Positions 26,807 through 34,842 of a stretch of DNA of 64,000 bases are shown piece after piece (positions within the stretch are counted from its first letter, which is position 1; every line of letters begins with the position of its first letter). Location of the stretch: NCBI GenBank assembly GCA_963713865.1, contig OY970208.1:455922-519921 (forward strand), written 5' to 3'. Made by a program: the position numbers and the translations under genes. This DNA is from an uncultured candidate division Zixibacteria bacterium (GTDB taxonomy: Bacteria; Zixibacteria; MSB-5A5; RBG-16-43-9). The notes below the pieces were generated by a model, which was given only the letters and a program-made list of their open reading frames with translations, ran no database searches and was not told where the DNA came from.

Positions 26807-26922
26807 TAAATAAAGGTTCAAAAGTTCAAGGGTTCAAAGGTTTAAGGGAAAATAAAAAAAAGAAGAAAAAGAGAGAAGTGAGAAGAAAGACGTGAGACAA
26901 AAATTTGGGGAGGATAAAAAAG

Positions 26923-28119
26923 ATGAATAAATTGACCATAGATGATCTGAAGTTGAAGGATAAAAGGGTCCTGGTCAGGGTTGATTTCAATGTGCCTTTG
27001 AATGAGAAAAAAGAGGTGGCGGATGATACCCGCATCGTGGAATCTCTACCGACGATCAAAAAAATCTTAAACGATGGCGGGAAGGCTATCCTGATGTCCC
27101 ATTTGGGCAGACCCAAGGGGAAAGACCCTAATTTGAGTTTAGCTCCGGTAGCTAAAAGATTGGAAAAACTTTTGGGCAAACCGGTTAAATTCGTAGATGA
27201 TTGTATTGGTGAAAAAGTGGAAAAAGCTGTTTCAGGGCTTAAGAGTTCTGAATGCCTGCTCCTGGAAAATCTCAGGTTTTATCCACAGGAGGAGAAAAAC
27301 GACCCGGAATTTGCAAAAAGTTTAGCTAAATGGGGTGAGGTTTATATAAATGATGCTTTTGGCACTGCTCACCGCGCGCATGCCTCGACTGAAGGGGTAA
27401 CTAAATATATTAAGGAGTGTGCAGCCGGATATTTAATGCAGAAGGAGTTGAAATATCTGGGTATGGCATTAACCCAGCCCAAAAGACCCTTTATAGCTAT
27501 CCTGGGAGGGGCAAAGATATCCGGGAAAATTGATGTCATTAAAAACCTTCTGGATAAAGTTGACACCCTTTTAATTGGTGGTGGGATGGCTTTCACTTTT
27601 TATAAAGCTATGGGAAAAGAGATTGGTTCTTCCATCTTGGAAGGGGATAAAGTCGAATTAGCCAAGGAGATATTAGCTGAAGCAGAAAAAAAGAAGGTCG
27701 ATTTAGAGCTTCCAGATGATTTCATAATTGCACCTGAAGCCAAAGAAGATACCTCTACCAAGGTAGTGAATAAAGACAATATTCCTGTTGGCTGGAAAGG
27801 GTTAGATATAGGTCCTGAAACTCTAAAACTTTTCAGGGAAAAGATTGAAAATGCCAAAACTGTTGTCTGGAACGGGCCAATGGGTGTCTTTGAAGTGGAT
27901 AAATTTTCTAAAGGAACCATAGGAGTTGCTGACCAGCTTGCCCGGATAACCAGGAAAGGTGCGACCACAATTGTGGGTGGTGGGGATTCAGTTGCGGCTT
28001 TAGCCAAGGTAAATTTAGAAAAGGAGATGACTCACGTTTCCACGGGAGGAGGAGCTTCTTTAGAATTCTTAGAAGGGAAGACTCTACCCGGAGTGGCAGC
28101 TTTGACTGATAAAAAGTAA
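26923..28119 (+). CDS. pgk: Phosphoglycerate kinase
   Basis: RVDFNVPL and GGGDS. ATG 26923 is preceded by GGGGAGG. Confidence 0.92.
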   Translation: MNKLTIDDLKLKDKRVLVRVDFNVPLNEKKEVADDTRIVESLPTIKKILNDGGKAILMSHLGRPKGKDPNLSLAPVAKRLEKLLGKPVKFVDDCIGEKVEKAVSGLKSSECLLLENLRFYPQEEKNDPEFAKSLAKWGEVYINDAFGTAHRAHASTEGVTKYIKECAAGYLMQKELKYLGMALTQPKRPFIAILGGAKISGKIDVIKNLLDKVDTLLIGGGMAFTFYKAMGKEIGSSILEGDKVELAKEILAEAEKKKVDLELPDDFIIAPEAKEDTSTKVVNKDNIPVGWKGLDIGPETLKLFREKIENAKTVVWNGPMGVFEVDKFSKGTIGVADQLARITRKGATTIVGGGDSVAALAKVNLEKEMTHVSTGGGASLEFLEGKTLPGVAALTDKK

Positions 28120-28236
28120 ACTATAATCTTTGTCCGGGAAACGGATCTACAGGAGAGGAGAAAAAGAAAGAAATTGAACGAAAAAAATAATCATAAATCC
28201 GAATTTAAAGGACCTAATAATCGCCATAATTCAGGG

Positions 28237-29009
28237 ATGAATAAGAAAACCAGATCTCTTTTTATCGCCGGCAACTGGAAGATGTACAAGGACCATAAGG
28301 AAGGCTCAATCTTAGCTTCTGCCCTTAAGGAAAGATTAGCTGATGTATCCACCATCCAGATGGTTTTATGTCCACCTTTCACCTCTTTACAGGCAGTGTC
28401 TTCAGCTATAGAAGGCTCCGCTTTCTTTTTAGGTGCTCAAAATGTTCACTGGGAAAAGGAGGGTGCTTTTACCGGAGATATTCCTCTCAGATGCTTTTAT
28501 CTTTAGGCTGTAAATATGTTATAATCGGTCATTCGGAAAGGAGACTTCTCTTTCATGAAAGTAACAAAATAGTCAACCTTAAGCTCAAAACTGCTTTAAA
28601 AGAAGGGTTAATCCCGATTCTATGTGTAGGCGAGACCCTGCAGGAAAGGGAAAAGGGGAAAACCGAAGAGATAGTCGAAGAACAGCTCAAAGGCGCTTTT
28701 GAGGATTTGACTCCCGAGGATGTGGGGAAGATAGTTTTAGCTTATGAGCCAGTCTGGGCTATAGGAACAGGCAAAACCGCCACTCCCAAGCAAGCCAATG
28801 ACATGCACCTTTTCATCCGTAGAAAACTTGAGGAAAGATATGCTCAGGAGATAGCTGCGAACAAGAGAATACTTTACGGAGGTTCGGTAAAACCGGAGAA
28901 TGCTAAAGACCTTTTAAAGGAACAGGAGATAGATGGTGCCCTGGTCGGGGGCGCAAGTTTAGATCTGGATTCTTTTGAGAAGATAGTGAGAAGTGGTTTG
29001 GATTTGTAG
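28237..29009 (+). pseudogene. tpiA: Triosephosphate isomerase interrupted by a 1-nt frameshift (possible sequence error)
   Basis: Frame 1 gives ...FIAGNWKM...EKEGAFTGDI. The reading must then shift by -1 near 28480-28483 to continue SSQMLLSLGCKYVIIGHSERR...YEPVWAIGTG...GGASL. Consistent with loss of one T from GATATTTCC. Confidence 0.8.
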
Positions 29010-29045
29010 TTTTCAATATTCATCTTTGGTTGAAAAGGAGGTATT

Positions 29046-29450
29046 TTGTACGCTTTTTTGATTCTTTTGCATGTGATTATATGTGCCGCTTTAATAATCA
29101 CGGTTCTTTTGCAGTCGAGCAAGGGAGAGGGATTAGCTGGTGCTTTTGGTGGCTCAGGGATTACCGGTGCGGTTTTTGGTGGAAGGGGAGCAGCTACATT
29201 TCTCTCTAAAGCCACTACAATTTTAGCGATCGCCTTTTTTGTCAGCTCTATTGCTTTGACCTTTATAACTCCCATAACCGGGACCAGAGGCGGTGGTGCA
29301 GGGAAAAGTGCAATAAGCCAGGAGGCACAAAAAGAAAAAGGACAGGGCTCTTTGCCTGCAACCGGGATTCCAGGGACAACCCAGGAAACTCAGCCTCAAA
29401 CAGATAATAAGGTTGAATTACCTCCTCCCCCACAAGGTGGTGGGAAATAG
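29046..29450 (+). CDS. secG: Preprotein translocase subunit SecG with an extended Pro/Gly/Gln-rich tail
   Basis: LLHVIICAALIITVLLQSSKGEGLAGAFGG is the SecG signature region. TTG start after GGAGG. Confidence 0.8.
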   Translation: MYAFLILLHVIICAALIITVLLQSSKGEGLAGAFGGSGITGAVFGGRGAATFLSKATTILAIAFFVSSIALTFITPITGTRGGGAGKSAISQEAQKEKGQGSLPATGIPGTTQETQPQTDNKVELPPPPQGGGK

Positions 29451-29479
29451 TTCGTTTAGAGAAACTAAAGTAAGGGTTT

Positions 29480-29561
29480 GCGGAAGTGGTGGAATTGGCA
29501 GACACGCTATCTTGAGGGGGTAGTGGGGTGACCCGTGGGGGTTCAAGTCCCCCCTTCCGCA
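29480..29561 (+). tRNA. tRNA-Leu (anticodon GAG), long variable arm, no encoded CCA
   Basis: Hand-folded cloverleaf. Acceptor GCGGAAG/CTTCCGC. Anticodon stem CTATC/GGTAG with loop TTGAGGG. Variable arm GGGGTGACCC. T arm GGGGG-TTCAAGT-CCCCC. Lies downstream of secG, as does leuU in E. coli. Confidence 0.93.
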
Positions 29562-29576
29562 GTTCTTTTAGGCAAA

Positions 29577-29599
29577 GCATCCAAGTGGATGCATTTTTT
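29577..29599 (+). terminator. Rho-independent terminator after tRNA-Leu
   Basis: GCATCC-AAGT-GGATGC followed by ATTTTTT. Confidence 0.6.
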
Positions 29600-29625
29600 A
29601 TTTAAATATTTTTAATAAGAATTCT

Positions 29626-29759
29626 GGAGTGTACACCTTCAGGTTTACAAAATGAATCGATATTTATTTGCTCGAGTACAGAAGCTGTACTACTACACGG
29701 AAAAACATGATAGATATTCCCTAAGCAATAATAAAGGTAAAGATAAAGCTTTACACTCC
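29626..29759. repeat. GGAGTGTAAAC...GCTTTACACTCC element, copy B (134 bp, with extra internal hairpin)
   Basis: GGAGTGTACACCTTCAGGTTTAC...GGTAAAGATAAAGCTTTACACTCC. Its right end supplies the last codons and the stop (GGA GTG TAA on the minus strand) of the 29751-31007 ORF. Confidence 0.8.
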
Positions 29760-31007
29760 AGTGTTTTTTTCTTTAATCTCTTTAGAACCGATTCGATAAA
29801 TAACCTCACTCAATCCTAAAACGAAAAACAGTATCATATTATCAATCGCGGCAGTATAATAGCATTGAAATTGTGAAGCTAATAGATATGCGAATAGAGT
29901 TAATAACCCCCCCAAGATTAAAGCTTTTTGGTAACCTTCCTTTATCTCTTTATATCTACGGAGAAGGTTTTTCAATAAAATCACCCAGAGAAAAATAAAA
30001 GCTAAAAGCCCGATTATCCCGGCATTTACCGCTACATTTAAAAAATCGTTATGCGCATGACCAAAAATCTCAGAAGGTATTTTCAGATAGCTCCGGTAAA
30101 ACTCCGGGAAATTACCAAACCCTATCCCGAAAACAGGATGATCTTTGAAGATGTTAAAAGAGGTTGACCAGATGATTGATCTTATATCTGCCCGCTGCAA
30201 AGAACCAGCTTTGGCTGCCATAATCGACCTGCCCAATATGCCTGGATCGATTAAATAGATAGCAATAAAGTAGCCAGCTACAGCTAAACCCTCTTTCAAT
30301 TTATGCCTGCTTTTTGAGAAGATAAAAAACAGGATGAAAGCGAAAACTTGTGCATAAAGAGTGCTCCGGGTATAGCTGAATAGATTTCCGGTTACACAAA
30401 GTACTGAAACTGTAAAATAGAATATTTTCAAGGAAGTTTTTTTCGCATAAGATGCCAGGCAAAAACTGACTATACCTATTACCATGGCATAGAAAGCATA
30501 AGTTAAAGACAAATTAAAGAAACCGGGGGAGCGGAATTTTCCATAAGGTAGAAGTTGGTCAAGGGGCTTGTGTCTTATCAGGTCTATCCCGGTATAATGT
30601 TGCCAGATAGCGTAAAGTGCTACAATCCCCGATATCAGAAAAATCAGGTGAACTAATTTCCTTATGAAATTTTCGTCCTTAAGATTGTTTATCAAGAGAA
30701 ACGGGATTACGAGCAGCCATTCATCCCTGAGACTAACAAGGCTTCGGACTGGATTCTGGGAGAAGACGATCGAGACGAGGTAAGCTCCTAAATAGACTAA
30801 AACCGGCAGTTCAAAGAAGGAGCTTTCCCAGTTAAAACCTTTTTTAGAGATAATTCTCCAGATCCAGCCTAAAAGGGCAAAACAGAGTCCGGTTTGAGTT
30901 CCAGCGATAGAAAAGGGAGAAAAAAATACAAAGAGGAAAAGTCCAAAATTTACTAAAGCTTGAGGTGAGATAAATTTTTCTTTTTTATTAGAAGATATAT
31001 CGAGCAT
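29751..31007 (-). CDS. O-antigen ligase / O-antigen polymerase family membrane protein
   Basis: Polytopic membrane protein with a Wzy_C-like loop FGHAHNDFLNVAVNAGIIGL. Confidence 0.7.
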   Translation of the reverse strand: MLDISSNKKEKFISPQALVNFGLFLFVFFSPFSIAGTQTGLCFALLGWIWRIISKKGFNWESSFFELPVLVYLGAYLVSIVFSQNPVRSLVSLRDEWLLVIPFLLINNLKDENFIRKLVHLIFLISGIVALYAIWQHYTGIDLIRHKPLDQLLPYGKFRSPGFFNLSLTYAFYAMVIGIVSFCLASYAKKTSLKIFYFTVSVLCVTGNLFSYTRSTLYAQVFAFILFFIFSKSRHKLKEGLAVAGYFIAIYLIDPGILGRSIMAAKAGSLQRADIRSIIWSTSFNIFKDHPVFGIGFGNFPEFYRSYLKIPSEIFGHAHNDFLNVAVNAGIIGLLAFIFLWVILLKNLLRRYKEIKEGYQKALILGGLLTLFAYLLASQFQCYYTAAIDNMILFFVLGLSEVIYRIGSKEIKEKNTGV

Positions 31008-31012
31008 TAGAT

Positions 31013-32575
31013 TTAGTTTCCCGGTGAAAACCTCTTTAAAATTTCTAAGAACTTGCTGAATACCTTATCCAGATCAAAAGGCAGTTTTACAATATATCTT
31101 GAAGCCAGGTCAAAATCAAGTTTTTCCAAGCCCCGGATAAAAGTCAAGAAAATCGGATAGAAGATGACTCCCAGCAATATGCAGATTAGAAGTCCATAAA
31201 CTCCGGGTAAAAACGAAGAGAGGAAGTAAACTAAAATTCCCATTAAGACCGAGGCTAAAATAATCTTCAGGATTGGAATTAGCGGAAATTTTTCTTTTAG
31301 AAATATTGCATAAACATAAATGATTATACCTAACCCGAAAAAAGCCTGAGTTGAAAAACTCACCCAGACTGCCCCTAAGGCTTGATATTTGCGGGTGAGA
31401 AAAATATTCAAGATCAATTTCAAAATAACCGCAAGTATATAAAACCTGAGAACCACCTTCTGTTTTTCAAGACTGTAAAGCATTGAAGATGACGCCTGGG
31501 ATAATGCTCCAAATGCTCCGGCTGAAAGGATAATCGAAAATATAAGAGAAGAGGGCAGATACTCTGCACCGTAGATACTGGTAATAATTCTGGAAGAAAG
31601 AAAAATCCCGCCAGCACACAAAGGGAAAACTAAAAGGGCTAAATATCTGGTGGAATTATAATGGATACTTAGCAGTCTTTCTCTTTGAGCACCACCATAG
31701 GCTTCAGACATAGTGGGGAGCAATACTCCCGCAAAAGCGCCTGGCAGAAGCAGGATAACCTTATTGGCTAAATTGAAACCTAAATTGTAAAAGGCTACCT
31801 GCCTTTCGGTACTGAAAGCTCCCAAAAATAATAGCTCGAACCTCTCCCAGAGAAAGGTTTCCAGAATAAGGATAATAAAAATAGTTTTGCTATAATCTGT
31901 CAGTTTGTTTTTCAATTCCAAGGGTAAAACTTCTTTTACAAATGGATATTTTTTTGAATGATAAATATTAAAATAAAGGAAAAAGCCTGCAAGATTGGAA
32001 ATAAAGCTGACCCAGAAAAGAGATTCTACTTCTCCTTTAAAAATCATTATCAAAAGGATCAAAAGAAAGGTTAAAGGGGAGAGGATAAAGGTTAAAAGGG
32101 CAATCAGGTCATACCTTAAAAATCCTGAGAAACCCGCCATATAAATAGCTAAAAGCCCCATAGGGATTATCCCTAAAGACCCGATTCTCAGATATAGGGA
32201 GAGATATGGTTTATGATAAAGATCAGCCAGAAGTGGAGCAAAAATAAATAATAAAATTGTAAGAATTACCCCAGCCCAGAAGATCCATCTGGAACAATTC
32301 CTGAGAATAAGCCCTGCAGATTTATAATCCTTCTTACCTGAATATTCTGATATATATTTTGTCACGGTAGTGGGAAGACCTAAATTGACTAAAAACCCAA
32401 TCATAGTCAGAATCCAGAAAGCTAAGCTGTATTCCCCCAATTTTTCCGGACCCAGTATTCTGGCAACAACGATCGAGGTTACAAAACCGAAGAAAAGCCC
32501 GGTTCCCCTGAAAAAGAAATTGTAAAGGGTGTTTTTTGCTAAAGAAGGAGTGTAAATATTCTGAGGTATTCCCAA
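31013..32575 (-). CDS. Polysaccharide/oligosaccharide flippase (MOP superfamily, Wzx-like)
   Basis: 520 aa, about 14 predicted TM segments. The N-terminus KNTLYNFFFRGTGLFFGFVTSIVVARILGPEKLGEYS is typical of polysaccharide biosynthesis flippases. Confidence 0.65.
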   Translation of the reverse strand: MGIPQNIYTPSLAKNTLYNFFFRGTGLFFGFVTSIVVARILGPEKLGEYSLAFWILTMIGFLVNLGLPTTVTKYISEYSGKKDYKSAGLILRNCSRWIFWAGVILTILLFIFAPLLADLYHKPYLSLYLRIGSLGIIPMGLLAIYMAGFSGFLRYDLIALLTFILSPLTFLLILLIMIFKGEVESLFWVSFISNLAGFFLYFNIYHSKKYPFVKEVLPLELKNKLTDYSKTIFIILILETFLWERFELLFLGAFSTERQVAFYNLGFNLANKVILLLPGAFAGVLLPTMSEAYGGAQRERLLSIHYNSTRYLALLVFPLCAGGIFLSSRIITSIYGAEYLPSSLIFSIILSAGAFGALSQASSSMLYSLEKQKVVLRFYILAVILKLILNIFLTRKYQALGAVWVSFSTQAFFGLGIIIYVYAIFLKEKFPLIPILKIILASVLMGILVYFLSSFLPGVYGLLICILLGVIFYPIFLTFIRGLEKLDFDLASRYIVKLPFDLDKVFSKFLEILKRFSPGN

Positions 32576-32603
32576 ATTCTATTTACTCCGGAGATCACTT
32601 TAT

Positions 32604-33191
32604 CTAACAATTCCTCTCGATCAGATCACAGACTATATGCCCGATGAGAAGATGAACCTCTTGAATCCTCTGGGTCTCAGGAGAGGGGACGATAATTGAG
32701 TAATCAGCAATTCGGCTCATCTCTCCCCCTTTTTTACCTGATAAGGTCAAAGTTATCATTCCGATTTTCCTGGCAGTTCTTATAGCTAAATTCACATTAG
32801 TTGATTCACCCGAAGTGCTTAAAGCCAAAAGACAGTCCCCTTTCTTACCCAAAGCCTCTACCTGTCGTGAAAACACTTTTTCAAATCCAAAGTCATTTGA
32901 GGCTGCAGTCAAGATCGACGGGTTAACTGTCAGGGCAATGGCAGGGAGAGCTCTCCTTTTCGAATCAGAACGTAATCTTACCACCAGCTCCCCGGCAATA
33001 TGCTGGGCATCTGCTGCAGAGCCACCATTCCCGCAGAGTAAGATCTTCCCACCTTTTTTAAAACAATCATTCAAAATCTCTGTAAGTTTCACAATCTTTT
33101 CTGAAAATTTAGATTTAATTTTTTCCTCTAAAGCAATACTCTCCTCAATCTGGGATTGAACCAGTGAAATCTGTTTTGAATTTTTTTTCAT
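32604..33191 (-). CDS. gmhA: SIS-domain phosphoheptose isomerase (GmhA/DiaA family)
   Basis: ILLCGNGGSAADAQHIAGELV and LSTSGES motifs. Confidence 0.8.
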   Translation of the reverse strand: MKKNSKQISLVQSQIEESIALEEKIKSKFSEKIVKLTEILNDCFKKGGKILLCGNGGSAADAQHIAGELVVRLRSDSKRRALPAIALTVNPSILTAASNDFGFEKVFSRQVEALGKKGDCLLALSTSGESTNVNLAIRTARKIGMITLTLSGKKGGEMSRIADYSIIVPSPETQRIQEVHLLIGHIVCDLIERNC

Positions 33192-33198
33192 AGTATCT

Positions 33199-33873
33199 TT
33201 AATTCATTGGAGCAGGCATCTTGCCTGTTCTATAGTTGTCAGGCAAGAATGTCTGACCTACCGGTTTTGTATCGGTCTGCCAAGCATCCTGTCTGTCTTG
33301 TGATTTTTTTTCATATAGCATCTCTTCAAAACCACCCCATTGATTTTTATAATTATCATCCGGAACAGATTCAGGGTTTTCCCGGTCGTATTGCCATTGC
33401 AGGGGATTATATAGAATATATTCCCGGATAAGATTTAATTCGTTTTCGTTTCTGACCACATGTTCGTAATAGTTACGTTGCCAGACAGGTATACCTGGCA
33501 TATGGCGCATTTCATTAATACGACGTGAGGAAAATGTTTTAAAACCACGAATGATTTCTGAAAGGGGATATTTTGTAGGGGCAGGTTTCAAACCTGCCCC
33601 TACAATAAAAATAATTCCATGAAAATGGTTTGGCATTATTGTAAATACATCTATTCTAATATTGGGATAATATTTTGGCAAGTCTAACCAAGTTGATTTA
33701 ACTATTTTGCCGAATTTGCTAAGATTAATCTTTCCATCTAATATTTTCCCCAAAATAGATTTACCTTTATGTATGCAAATGGTGATAAAATATGCACCCG
33801 GTCTTGAATAATCGAAATCTCTCAACCTGATTGAACGGCGGTGGTGTTTTTCTTTATCTGAAATTTTATCCAT
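33199..33873 (-). CDS. REP-associated tyrosine transposase-like (RAYT / IS200-type Y1 HUH) protein
   Basis: HUH motif MPNHFHGII and catalytic-Tyr region WQRNYYEHVVRNE. An in-frame GTAGGGGCAGG...CCTGCCCCTAC hairpin (33575-33603) encodes VGAGLKPAPT. The 3' end reads through two further hairpins (33205-33260), so the true stop may be earlier in effect. Confidence 0.8.
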   Translation of the reverse strand: MDKISDKEKHHRRSIRLRDFDYSRPGAYFITICIHKGKSILGKILDGKINLSKFGKIVKSTWLDLPKYYPNIRIDVFTIMPNHFHGIIFIVGAGLKPAPTKYPLSEIIRGFKTFSSRRINEMRHMPGIPVWQRNYYEHVVRNENELNLIREYILYNPLQWQYDRENPESVPDDNYKNQWGGFEEMLYEKKSQDRQDAWQTDTKPVGQTFLPDNYRTGKMPAPMN

Positions 33874-33936
33874 CTATTCAATACTATGTAGGGTTTGATT
33901 TATCAAACCCTATTTGGGGTACGATGAATCGTGTCC

Positions 33937-34746
33937 CTACTTATGTATCGCTCTGGCAAAATCTTTCAAAATCCTATCATCTCCCTTTTCTTCTAAGGCA
34001 TTCCCGATCACCACAAAATTTGCTCCGGCTCTTACCTTAAAATGTGCAGTTTCCGGGTCTCTTATTCCACCACCGATTATCAGAGGTATGGTGATAAATT
34101 TCTTCACCTCCTTAATCAGAAAATCAGGTACTGAATTTTCTGCTCCGGAGCCTGCATCCATAAAGACAAATTTCATTCCTAAATATTCTGCAGCAAGAGC
34201 GTGTGCACAAGCAATGTCCGGTTTATTTGGAGGCAAGGGGAAGGTATCGGACATAAACTGGACCGAGGTCATCTTTCCGGATTCGATTAACATATAGCCA
34301 GTCGGGATCGGCTCTATACCAAACTCCTTTATCACCGGTGCGGCTTTTACCTGTTCGCTGATCAAAAGATTCGGGTTTCTGCCGCTTATCAGGGATAAGA
34401 ATAAAACTGCATCCGCATATTTAGAGATCTGGTTGGCATTTCCGGGAAAGATAATAACCGGCAGCTTAACCTTCTCCTTTATCTTTTTAATCGCTTCATC
34501 GAAATGAGTGGATAAAAGTAAGCTTGAGCCGACCAGGATTCCGTCTGCTCCCCCTTTCTCTGCCCGATAAGCTAAATCTGCAATCCTTTTGGGGTTTAAT
34601 CTGTCCGGGTCTAACAGGACTAAGAAGCCTGCTTTTTTCTGTCTAATTATCTTTAATAATCTCTGGTAAACTTTCAATTTCCCCTCATCTTGTATATGGA
34701 GTTCATCTTCCTTCAGAATACTATTTGTGTCATTCTGAGGGAGCAT
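33937..34746 (-). CDS. Geranylgeranylglyceryl/heptaprenylglyceryl phosphate synthase family (GGGPS/PcrB) protein
   Basis: FLVLLDPDR, GGADGILVGSS, LPVIIFPGN, FVFMDAGSGA and PLIIGGGIRD match the PcrB/GGGPS TIM-barrel family. The annotated N-terminus runs into the 34729-34816 repeat, so the real start is probably internal, for example the TTG (LKVYQRL) after GAGGGG. Confidence 0.75.
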   Translation of the reverse strand: MLPQNDTNSILKEDELHIQDEGKLKVYQRLLKIIRQKKAGFLVLLDPDRLNPKRIADLAYRAEKGGADGILVGSSLLLSTHFDEAIKKIKEKVKLPVIIFPGNANQISKYADAVLFLSLISGRNPNLLISEQVKAAPVIKEFGIEPIPTGYMLIESGKMTSVQFMSDTFPLPPNKPDIACAHALAAEYLGMKFVFMDAGSGAENSVPDFLIKEVKKFITIPLIIGGGIRDPETAHFKVRAGANFVVIGNALEEKGDDRILKDFARAIHK

Positions 34747-34816
34747 AAGCGACCGAAGAATCTGTGTAATGATGGGAGAGATTCTTCACCCCGCATTTTG
34801 CGGGGTTCAGAATGAC
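34729..34816. repeat. Compound palindromic element GTCATTCTGAGGG...CAGAATGAC (88 bp), copy 2
   Basis: Same outer inverted repeat and same GAAGAATCT...AGATTCTTC inner hairpin as 22110-22198. Confidence 0.8.
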
Positions 34817-34842
34817 AAATAATACATTTAATATTTACACGG

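Noticed and set aside
28474-28490. Programmed -1 ribosomal frameshifting in tpiA.
   Set aside because: There is no slippery heptamer or downstream stimulatory structure. A single missing T restores a canonical TIM sequence. Other single-base frameshifts in the window point to sequence errors or decay.
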